IMG/VR virus record: IMGVR_UViG_3300037311_000299
Location: 1-64,000 of that record
DNA length: 64,000 bases
Strand: one strand, 5' to 3'
Source of the DNA: a virus
Position numbers and translations under genes: made by a program. Within the stretch, counting starts at the first letter, position 1; each line of letters begins with the position of its first letter. Positions 9,409 through 16,766 of this stretch are shown here, in pieces. The notes under the pieces are model-generated. The model ran no database searches, was not told the DNA's origin, and saw only the letters and a list, made by a program, of their open reading frames with translations.

Positions 9409-9672
9409 TCAGTCGCGGTCTGGGGCCGCGCCGAGCACCGCGTTGGGCGGCACCGCTCCGGAGCCCATCTTCTGATTCAGCTCGCTCAGAATGGCGCGTA
9501 GCGAAGTCGTTCGTGCCCGCCATTGCTGCAACAAAGCCGCTTCCTCGCGCTCGACCGCCCCCGTCACCTGCATCCGCCGCCAATTGACGAACGCCAGCGA
9601 CAGGGCGAGCCCGAGCGCCACCAAAAACAAACCGCCCACCGCAGAGACCATCCACAATTCGGAGTGACTCAT
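9409..9672 (-). CDS. Small membrane protein (one predicted TM helix)
   Basis: 87 aa, MSHSELWMVSAVGGLFLVALGLALSLAFVNW. ATGA overlap with the stop of the exonuclease gene. Confidence 0.5.
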   Translation of the reverse strand: MSHSELWMVSAVGGLFLVALGLALSLAFVNWRRMQVTGAVEREEAALLQQWRARTTSLRAILSELNQKMGSGAVPPNAVLGAAPDRD

Positions 9673-10319
9673 TCGGTCGCCCCCTTTCGCGCTTGGCGGG
9701 CCAGGTATTCCTCGAATTGCCGCTGCTGCACGACGCTCTCGGCGGCACACCAGGCGGCGAGCTCATGGGCGTTCATTTCGGAGAAATGCTCGTTCCACAG
9801 CGGGAAAAGCACCTCGCCGCACATCCGGCAGTCCGCCTCGGCGCGGTGGGCATTTTCGACGCGGATGCCGTAGCGCTCGGCCACGACCGAGAGGCGGTGA
9901 CGGCCCGAGCCCCTCCAGTACCGGCCCACGCGGTCGCTGCGGACCATCACCAGCACATCGATGATCGGCGTGGCCTCGATAGCGGAGGTCCAGGCGGCGC
10001 CGAGCAGGTGGGCCAACAACGGGGCGTCGAAGTGCAGAATGTTGTAGCCGGCGACCGCCGGCGCGGCTCGGACGCGCTCGAGGAAGCGGGGCGCCGCCTC
10101 ACGGAGCGTCAGAGCCCCCGCGACGAGCTCGTCCGTAATCCCGTGGATCGCGGAGGCCTCCGCCGGGATGGGCACCTCGGGATTGATGAGGCGCCCGTGC
10201 GAGGTGACCAACGAGTCGTTTCGGTACCAAGCCGCGCCGAGCTCGACGATGCGCGCGGACTGCAGGTCGACGCCAGTGGTCTCGGTGTCGATGACCATGA
10301 GCTCGGCATCAGTCGGCAC
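9669..10319 (-). CDS. DnaQ-like 3'-5' exonuclease (DEDDh family)
   Basis: Exo I VIDTETTG, Exo II NILHFDAPLL, Exo III HRAEADCRM. Start uncertain: GTG at 10319 or ATG at 10298. Confidence 0.8.
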   Translation of the reverse strand: MPTDAELMVIDTETTGVDLQSARIVELGAAWYRNDSLVTSHGRLINPEVPIPAEASAIHGITDELVAGALTLREAAPRFLERVRAAPAVAGYNILHFDAPLLAHLLGAAWTSAIEATPIIDVLVMVRSDRVGRYWRGSGRHRLSVVAERYGIRVENAHRAEADCRMCGEVLFPLWNEHFSEMNAHELAAWCAAESVVQQRQFEEYLARQARKGATE

Positions 10320-10887
10320 GGGCCACCTCCGTCTGGCGCAGCACGTGCAGCTCCGTCCGCGCGGGCGGCTGCCCGCCACGAGCACCCGGCGTCCACACGA
10401 ACCAGGCGTAGCCGAGGGTCCTCGAGCCGCCGGCGCAGGCCAGCACGAAGTCGGGAGGGTGCGCGCTCAGCAGCTCACTGCCCGCCTTGGTGGTGGCCAG
10501 CGACATCCGCAGCAAAAGCGCACACGCCCTGGCGCGGGCGAGGCAGTGCAAGACGGCCCGGGTGGCACACTCCTGCCGGGGAGCAGTGAGCGCCCAATCC
10601 CAGGGCTGGCCGCTGAGTGAAAAAGTGATGGGGGCCATCACTTTTCGAGCACAGATTTCGCCGATGGGGCGACTAGGGGAGTGGATACTCACCGCAGCCG
10701 CGGTCAGGTCGGGCAAAGGTTGCTCGGTCGAGCGGAGCACGTCGCCGTCCGGAAACGGGTCGACGATGGTCTGCGGTGGAATCCCCAAAAATTGCCGACC
10801 GCCGAGCCAAGCCAGCAAGGCCTGCCTGCACCAATCGGGCGCAGGCCTCCGCTGGCGACGCTTCGGCGGCGCGAGTGAGGAATCCAT
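10309..10887 (-). CDS. Hypothetical phage protein
   Basis: 192 aa from MDSSLAPPKRRQRR. Same orientation as the operon. No recognised motif. Confidence 0.45.
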   Translation of the reverse strand: MDSSLAPPKRRQRRPAPDWCRQALLAWLGGRQFLGIPPQTIVDPFPDGDVLRSTEQPLPDLTAAAVSIHSPSRPIGEICARKVMAPITFSLSGQPWDWALTAPRQECATRAVLHCLARARACALLLRMSLATTKAGSELLSAHPPDFVLACAGGSRTLGYAWFVWTPGARGGQPPARTELHVLRQTEVARAD

Positions 10888-10913
10888 GTTTACCGAGCAA
10901 AACATTCGTTCTC

Positions 10914-11294
10914 CTAAAGCCACTCGGGAATACGCCGCGGAGCTGACGACGCTGCTTCTGTGCGCGAACTCCCACGCTCAGACCGCTGATCCGGAGCGGC
11001 TGGTGCGGGCGTATCGGCTGACCTTCGAAGAGGTCTTGACGTGCCTCGAAGAAGGACCTCGAGCGTCGGCACGAAGGCCTCGCCAAGGCTTCGACGAGCA
11101 ATCTCGACAGTGATCGCCATCTCCAATTCGGTGGGCAGTTGGCGCAGGAACGCGCGCAAGTCCTCGCGCAGGCGGAGGTCCTCGAGCGTGATGGTCTTCC
11201 AGTCGACTGGGGGCGCATCGGGTGGCGCCAGGTGGGCCCCGACTTGCCCCCTCGACAAGATCTGCTGCCGCGCGAACTGCGCCTCGTCCATCAT
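10914..11294 (-). CDS. Hypothetical protein
   Basis: 126-aa ORF. The N-terminal two thirds look protein-like (MMDEAQFARQQILSRG...LPTELEMAITVEIARR). Its start overlaps the upstream stop (ATGA). Confidence 0.4.
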   Translation of the reverse strand: MMDEAQFARQQILSRGQVGAHLAPPDAPPVDWKTITLEDLRLREDLRAFLRQLPTELEMAITVEIARRSLGEAFVPTLEVLLRGTSRPLRRSADTPAPAAPDQRSERGSSRTEAASSAPRRIPEWL

Positions 11295-11818
11295 CGCCGC
11301 GCCCTCCCAGCCTGAATGGCCACGGGCTTCGCCGGCGCCGAGAGCGTCGTGCGCATGCCGTCGAGGGCGAGCTGCACCTGCTGGAGCTGGGCCAGCAGGT
11401 CCTGTCGCTCGCGCTGGTCGACGTCCCCGTCTGCGAGTGCCTGGGTCATCTGCTGGGTGTACTCACCCAGCTCCCGCATCATCTCCCCGAATTGCGTGAG
11501 CGGGCTGGTGTGCGCCCCGAGCACGCCGGGGGCCTCGGGCACGGCCCGGTAGCCAACCATCTGGGTGAGGGCGTTCAGCGCCGCCCACGCGAGCTCGCGG
11601 GCGTTGGGCGAGCCGTCGTCGAGCCCGAGGCGCACGACGTCGGCGAAGGCGTTGACCGTGATCGGTGCCGACCGCTCGTCCGTCGACGCCCACGCGGCGA
11701 TGGTGCTCGGTGCGCACCCGAGGTGGGCGCCTACGACGGTCGTGCGCAGCTCTGCGAAGAGCCGCTTGAGGGCCGAAGCCACAGGCTTCGGCGTGTGCGG
11801 GTACATGGCGCGGCGCAT
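11291..11818 (-). CDS. Putative DNA-binding regulatory protein
   Basis: 175 aa. ATG at 11818 preceded by GAGGAGAGG. HTH-like stretch VVGAHLGCAPSTIAAWAS. The upstream part of ORF 11291..12274 was rejected. Confidence 0.5.
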   Translation of the reverse strand: MRRAMYPHTPKPVASALKRLFAELRTTVVGAHLGCAPSTIAAWASTDERSAPITVNAFADVVRLGLDDGSPNARELAWAALNALTQMVGYRAVPEAPGVLGAHTSPLTQFGEMMRELGEYTQQMTQALADGDVDQRERQDLLAQLQQVQLALDGMRTTLSAPAKPVAIQAGRARR

Positions 11819-12039
11819 TATCCTCTCCTCTGCGGCCAGACGCGGCGGGGCGGAGTGGCGGCGATATTGAATGCCGGCCCCACGCGCGGGGGCGGCGGCG
11901 GTTGCTGCGAGCGAAGTCGTTGAAACTCCGCTTCTTCTTCGAAGGTTTTCGACCATGAGTCGAAAAGTGCGTCTTGGAGCGTGGGCTGCCGCAGGCGCTG
12001 GAAGAGCGAGATGACAGCCGTCGCGAACATCTGCATCAT
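11818..12039 (-). CDS. Small hypothetical protein (first gene of the leftward operon)
   Basis: 73 aa. Its stop overlaps the next start by 1 nt (TAATG), suggesting translational coupling. Confidence 0.4.
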   Translation of the reverse strand: MMQMFATAVISLFQRLRQPTLQDALFDSWSKTFEEEAEFQRLRSQQPPPPPRVGPAFNIAATPPRRVWPQRRG

Positions 12040-12173
12040 CGGGCCCCCCCATGGCTGTTGGGTTTCGCGTGTTGCGCGCAGGATCGCCCGCCGCTTCGCG
12101 TGACCAATCGCGAGGGGATAGGTATCGTCCCATCCAGACAGCGCGCCCCCTGGAGGCGGGGGAGGAGTGGACC

Positions 12174-12884
12174 ATGGCTGAGTCGAGTGAAACGAAGCTG
12201 CCCCTGGGTGTGGTCGTGTGCCAGGGATGCGGGAAGTGGAACGCTGCGGACGTGAGCGTGTGCCCGAGCTGCAAAACGCCCCTTGCTAGTGGCTCTCCCG
12301 ATCAGTCTGCAGGGGGGGGCATTCCTGCATTTGTCTGGATTATCGTTGGGTTTTTGGCGTTCGTTGGAGCAATGGCGGCCTACATCCTTTGGACGGACGC
12401 AGCCGAGACAGACCGCCCGCTCACCTCCGAAGAAAAGCGCCAAGAGCGCGAAGATACAGACCGCTTGATGAGGGAGCGCGAGGCGGCCGATTGGGAACGT
12501 GAAAAGGCTCATGAAGCGTTGGTAGCGGCCACAGCAGCTAGAACGCCCCCAGCTGTCTGCGCCAACCTGCCTGTATCGAAGTACAGCGGTATGGTTGTGG
12601 GCCACCAAGAGCAGGTCACAGACTCCGAAATTGTTGGTGTCGACATCCGACTTGTGTTCGAGGAGGGCGCCAACGACTATCACCGCGAACTTGGCTCCAA
12701 GCGGGAGGCGTGCGCAGAAGCCGTTAAGTATGTGAGCGGTGGCCACCCGCTCCGCTACGTTCGAGTTAGAACCTACACGTCTGGTGGCCGCATTGACGGC
12801 AGCGCCACCGGCGGGGAATTGATGCTCGGGAGCCGTTGGCCAAAGCCCTTCGTTGAGTGGAATGCGGAGTGGGAGCCGGATTGA
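12174..12884 (+). CDS. Zinc-ribbon / single-pass membrane protein, unknown function
   Basis: 236 aa. ATG preceded by GGAGGAG. CQGCG...CPSC zinc ribbon, TM helix IPAFVWIIVGFLAFVGAMAAYILW, charged coiled segment, C-terminal globular part. Opposite orientation to its neighbours. Confidence 0.6.
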   Translation: MAESSETKLPLGVVVCQGCGKWNAADVSVCPSCKTPLASGSPDQSAGGGIPAFVWIIVGFLAFVGAMAAYILWTDAAETDRPLTSEEKRQEREDTDRLMREREAADWEREKAHEALVAATAARTPPAVCANLPVSKYSGMVVGHQEQVTDSEIVGVDIRLVFEEGANDYHRELGSKREACAEAVKYVSGGHPLRYVRVRTYTSGGRIDGSATGGELMLGSRWPKPFVEWNAEWEPD

Positions 12885-12891
12885 ATCCGCA

Positions 12892-13146
12892 TCAGGCTGC
12901 ATTCTCGCCCTCCGCGTTGCTGCTTGCTGCCAAAACTGCCCCGCCGTCTACATTGGCAAAGCCGGTTAGGAGCTCCTCGAGCGGCACTTGACCATCGCTC
13001 GCTTTATGGAGCGCCAGCGCAGCTACACGGCCAAGCGGTCGTCCTAGCGCGGCCTTGGTGACTGTAGCCCGGTGCAAATTCGCCCTTCGCGCCCAGTCGG
13101 CGTGGGTTGTCTGCTGGAGATAGACATGTATGGCACGTTCACTCAT
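12892..13146 (-). CDS. Cro-like small HTH regulator
   Basis: 84 aa with HTH THADWARRANLHRATVTKAALG. Divergent from the XRE-type repressor gene. Confidence 0.55.
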   Translation of the reverse strand: MSERAIHVYLQQTTHADWARRANLHRATVTKAALGRPLGRVAALALHKASDGQVPLEELLTGFANVDGGAVLAASSNAEGENAA

Positions 13147-13155
13147 GCGGATGAT

Positions 13156-13172
13156 GGTGCCACATCGGCACC
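13156..13172. promoter_or_regulatory. Operator-like palindrome GGTGCC-ACATC-GGCACC (O1)
   Basis: Perfect 6+6 inverted repeat in the 105-bp gap between the divergent HTH genes. Confidence 0.6.
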
Positions 13173-13251
13173 AATCAAGTCAAGACGCGCTTCGTGCGTG
13201 GTTCCGGGTTGGCACTTGCCCGGCGTCGCCGGGTCGAATCATCCTGCGCCA

Positions 13252-13590
13252 ATGAAGCTGTATCTCGCGGAGATCAGGCACCGAAAGGGGCTCACCCAAG
13301 AGCAGCTAGCTCATTTGGGAGGGGTCGACCGGTCAACGGTGAACCGCCTGGAAAACAACTTTCGCGGATGGAGCGACAAAACGCTGGACTTCTGGGCCGG
13401 CATATTGGGCGTGGAGACGCACGAACTGCTTGGGTATTGCGTAAAGCCACACATAGACGCTCCCCCGAGCGTGTGTAGACTGCATAAACTGATCGACGGC
13501 CTCCAAGAAGAAGATGCCAAGGCCGTCGAAGTCTTGATAGAGCAATTCTTGGCTGCAGTAGACCGCCGGAGCCCCCCACCCGCTCCCTAA
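13252..13590 (+). CDS. XRE-family HTH repressor (CI-like)
   Basis: 112 aa. KGLTQEQLAHLGGVDRSTVNRLEN is a classic XRE HTH. ORF 13072..13590 trimmed to the ATG at 13252. Confidence 0.8.
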   Translation: MKLYLAEIRHRKGLTQEQLAHLGGVDRSTVNRLENNFRGWSDKTLDFWAGILGVETHELLGYCVKPHIDAPPSVCRLHKLIDGLQEEDAKAVEVLIEQFLAAVDRRSPPPAP

Positions 13591-13901
13591 GGCAAACCGT
13601 CTCTCCTCGCGGTCACTAGCTCCGCGAGCGGCGTTGGCTCGCGCTGTGCGGCAGAATCTTTCAAGTGTAGCCCCGTCACCCCGCCGACCACAACTACTTC
13701 GGAATCAGCCGCGTCGAACAGAGGCATGTCCATGTCCCGGAGGTCATAGACCTCTTTGCTAGCCGTTGTAGTCCTGCGATGGGCTAGGTAGTGGCGGCCA
13801 CGCCATCGGATCACCACCAGCACCGAACTCTCCGCAACCGACTCATCCCACGCGACTGAGAAGCCAGCCAGGTCTCTTGGCAAGAGCAGCTCAGGATTCA
13901 T
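13587..13901 (-). CDS. Hypothetical protein
   Basis: 104 aa from MNPELLLPRDLAGF, with GGAAAGGG upstream. Convergent with the repressor gene, and their stops overlap. A longer TTG start at 13967 is possible. Confidence 0.45.
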   Translation of the reverse strand: MNPELLLPRDLAGFSVAWDESVAESSVLVVIRWRGRHYLAHRRTTTASKEVYDLRDMDMPLFDAADSEVVVVGGVTGLHLKDSAAQREPTPLAELVTARRDGLP

Positions 13902-13914
13902 GCCCTTTCCTTCT

Positions 13915-13931
13915 GGTGCCGAATCGGCACC
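13915..13931. promoter_or_regulatory. Operator-like palindrome GGTGCC-GAATC-GGCACC (O2)
   Basis: Same half-sites as O1, located just upstream of the ATG at 13901. Confidence 0.6.
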
Positions 13932-13948
13932 TAAACCCTTGACAGCCT

Positions 13949-13965
13949 GGTGCCGATATGGCACC
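13949..13965. promoter_or_regulatory. Operator-like palindrome GGTGCC-GATAT-GGCACC (O3) next to a TTGACA hexamer
   Basis: Third copy. TTGACA at 13939-13944 lies immediately upstream. Confidence 0.6.
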
Positions 13966-14168
13966 AAGCAGAAGACGGCGCGGCGCTGGTAGGCAGTCGC
14001 GCAGGACCTCAGCCCTAGATCCGCCCAAAGTGGCGTTTCAGTGCGTACTTTTTTCGTTTTTTCGGCGGCGGTCCGCCCGGGTCCCCATGCCCGGAATGAT
14101 GCCTGCTCATGTGTTCAGGCGTCAAGATGGATCGTCACGTATCCCGCTTCGGCGGGCAGGAGTTGCGC

Positions 14169-14432
14169 ATGCAACCTAATCGCCACCACGCGATGCTCAC
14201 CGCGGAGCTCGACCGACTCCGTGGCACTGGCCCGACCCTGGCGCTGGTTCGGCGCCGCAAGTTCCAGCGGGGCTTCTATGTTTTGGCGCGCCTGCGCGCC
14301 CGCGAGGACGCCACCGAGCCCACAGCGCCCGCCGACCGCACGTCTTTCACCGTCCCCTTCGACTTTGACCCCATGACCGGCTGCGAGCTGCCCATGGCCC
14401 CGCGCCACTACTTCGAGGAGGTGGCGCGATGA
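14169..14432 (+). CDS. Hypothetical protein (first gene of the rightward operon)
   Basis: 87 aa. ATG preceded by GGAG. Its stop overlaps the next start (ATGA). Confidence 0.5.
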   Translation: MQPNRHHAMLTAELDRLRGTGPTLALVRRRKFQRGFYVLARLRAREDATEPTAPADRTSFTVPFDFDPMTGCELPMAPRHYFEEVAR

Positions 14433-15550
14433 ACGCAGCGCCCGAGGAGTCCATGCCTGAATTCGAGGAGGAGGGGGCCGCGGCGCCTCCCTCCATCGAG
14501 GAGAACATCGCCAAGGTGGTTCGGATCACTCGCGCCGAGGACTGGATGGACCTGGGTGATGAGCCCTTCTTGACGACATCCGGGTGCGACAAGGTCGAAT
14601 CGCACTTCAGGATCGACGTATCTGGGCTACGAGTCAGTTCCTCGAAGTCTGGCGCGACCGACGAAGTCGGCGACGAGATCGTTGAATACGAGGCGACCGC
14701 TCGCTTTGAGCTTCGCCTCGGCAACGGCCCCCGCGTGGCTGAGTATGTTGGCCACGCCAACACCGGCGAGAAGCGCATTCTCAACCAGCGCCTCCCCAAA
14801 GTGGTGTGGGAGGGGGGCGCCCCGAAAGTTAATGACCGCGGCGAAGCGGTCATTGAGATGGATGCCCGCACGGGGCGTCCGAAGACCTCGATCACTCGAG
14901 GGGACGCGCTGCAGCTCGCCTCCCGCCAAGCCGCTGCGCGATGCCGCAACGGTGGCATCCGGAAGATCCTATCCATCAACGCCATCGGCTGGGAAGACCT
15001 GGCTGCGGGCGGGATTGAGCGCGCCCAGGTGGAGCGCGCTGCTGACGGCAAGGGAGGGCAGAAGAAGGCTCCTCCGCAGCGGCAGCAGCCCCAGCAAGCC
15101 CCCCGTCAGCAGCAGCCGGCCCCGGCCCCGGCCCCGATGACAAAGGAGCAGGCGGATGCCGCTGGCAAGTACGCCCGCGTGCTCGGCGGCAAAGAGGCCG
15201 TAAGCGCGGCTTTGAAGACCGCCGGCGCCTCGAACTGGGGCGCGTGCACAGAGCCTCAGGCGCGGCTGATGCTCGATGCATTGGCCAAGATGTGTCGCGA
15301 CCGCGGCATCGACGACCCGGTGACGGGCGAGGTGCACGCGCATCCGGCCGCGGCGGAAGCCGCAACCACCACCTCCCCCCAGCAGGCGCCTTCCCAGGCG
15401 CCACCGCAGTCCTCGGCCCCACCGCCCGCCACGGCACCTACCTCTCAGGAGCCTGCGACGCAGCCGCCTGTCCCGGCTGCGTCGCAGGCCTCCGCCAAAC
15501 CGTCGCCCGATCCCCTTCGGGACCTGGCCAGCGAAGACGTGCCGTTCTGA
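14429..15550 (+). CDS. Putative single-strand annealing protein (Rad52/ERF-like) with an SSB-like disordered tail
   Basis: 373 aa. Globular N-terminal ~200 aa (QLASRQAAARCRNGGIRKIL), long P/Q/A-rich linker, C-terminus SEDVPF. Sits directly upstream of sbcD/sbcC. The family assignment is tentative. Confidence 0.45.
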   Translation: MNAAPEESMPEFEEEGAAAPPSIEENIAKVVRITRAEDWMDLGDEPFLTTSGCDKVESHFRIDVSGLRVSSSKSGATDEVGDEIVEYEATARFELRLGNGPRVAEYVGHANTGEKRILNQRLPKVVWEGGAPKVNDRGEAVIEMDARTGRPKTSITRGDALQLASRQAAARCRNGGIRKILSINAIGWEDLAAGGIERAQVERAADGKGGQKKAPPQRQQPQQAPRQQQPAPAPAPMTKEQADAAGKYARVLGGKEAVSAALKTAGASNWGACTEPQARLMLDALAKMCRDRGIDDPVTGEVHAHPAAAEAATTTSPQQAPSQAPPQSSAPPPATAPTSQEPATQPPVPAASQASAKPSPDPLRDLASEDVPF

Positions 15551-15560
15551 GGAGGGCGTC

Positions 15561-16754
15561 ATGAGGATACTGCACACTGGAGACATACATCTAGACCAGC
15601 ACTCGCCCCACGAGCCGCAGGAGGCTCTGCTACACGAACTCGCGGGGCACGCGCGAGGCTGCGATCTGGTCATCGTCGCGGGGGACTTGGTGTGCCCTGC
15701 GCACAAGCGCCGGGCGTTCCCTTGGGAGCGCCAAACGCTGCGGAACTTCCTCCACGCGCTCGCGCCGCTCCCCGTGCACATCGTGCGGGGCAACCACGAC
15801 GAACTCGGCGACCTCGCCCACCTGGGGGACATCCCCCACGTCACCGTGCACGAGACGGGCACGGTGAGCTTGGTCGAGACCTCAGCGGGGCAGCTCGTCC
15901 TCGCGGCGGTGCCCTACCTCGACGAGCAGGTGTGGGCCATCGGCGAAGACGTACCTGTGGGCGAGCGGCACGTGCGGCTCGAGCAGACAGTCACGGACTG
16001 GCTGGCGGCCAACCGGGAGGTCATTCCCCGCCTCGGCATCCCCCTGGTGGCGGCCTACCACGGCGATGTGGTGGGCTCGATGGTCCGGATGGGCCAGCCG
16101 AGCATGGGGAGCGAGCCCCGGCTCTCGCTCGAGGCCTTCACCGGGTATGACCTGGTGTGCGCCTCGCACATCCACTTCGCCCAAACCCTCGATCTGCCCA
16201 CCGGCGGCGCCTTCGTCTACGCCGGCTCTCCCTGGCCTCACTCCTTCGGCGAGGAAGGCCAAGGCGGCAAGGGCCCTGCCATCCACACGTGGGACGGGCG
16301 GGGTTTCACCACGACGTGGTGCCGGCTGAGCTACGCGCCGCTGCTCACGCTCGACCTCGAGTACCGGGGCGAGGACGGCGAGGCGGCGCGGCTCTGCTGG
16401 CCTACCGGCGAGGCCTACATGGGCCCCGCCGACCTGGCCAACCTCGCTGCCTCACTGGTGGCGGGCGCCCACGTCCGCCTGCGCGTGACGCTGCCCAGCA
16501 GCGCGCTTCCCACCCTGCACCGCGAAGGCCTGCGGACTGACTTCCTGGCGGCGGGAGCCGCGAGCGTGAAGGTCACGCCCAAGCCAATAGCGGAGCAGCG
16601 GGGGCGCGTCACGGCGGTCCGGGCGCACGAGCGGGCGCCGGTTTTCGAGCAGCTCGAGGTCATGTGGCGGGAAACGCGGTCGGAGCCGGACGACTCCGAC
16701 AGGGCAGCCATGCGCGACATCCTGACCGCCCTCGAGGCGGCGGCAGCGGCATAG
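15561..16754 (+). CDS. sbcD: SbcD/Mre11-family nuclease
   Basis: Metallophosphoesterase motifs LHTGDIHLD, VAGDL, GNHDE and SHIHFAQ. Followed by the sbcC-like gene. Confidence 0.85.
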   Translation: MRILHTGDIHLDQHSPHEPQEALLHELAGHARGCDLVIVAGDLVCPAHKRRAFPWERQTLRNFLHALAPLPVHIVRGNHDELGDLAHLGDIPHVTVHETGTVSLVETSAGQLVLAAVPYLDEQVWAIGEDVPVGERHVRLEQTVTDWLAANREVIPRLGIPLVAAYHGDVVGSMVRMGQPSMGSEPRLSLEAFTGYDLVCASHIHFAQTLDLPTGGAFVYAGSPWPHSFGEEGQGGKGPAIHTWDGRGFTTTWCRLSYAPLLTLDLEYRGEDGEAARLCWPTGEAYMGPADLANLAASLVAGAHVRLRVTLPSSALPTLHREGLRTDFLAAGAASVKVTPKPIAEQRGRVTAVRAHERAPVFEQLEVMWRETRSEPDDSDRAAMRDILTALEAAAAA

Positions 16755-16766
16755 GGGGGAGCAGTC

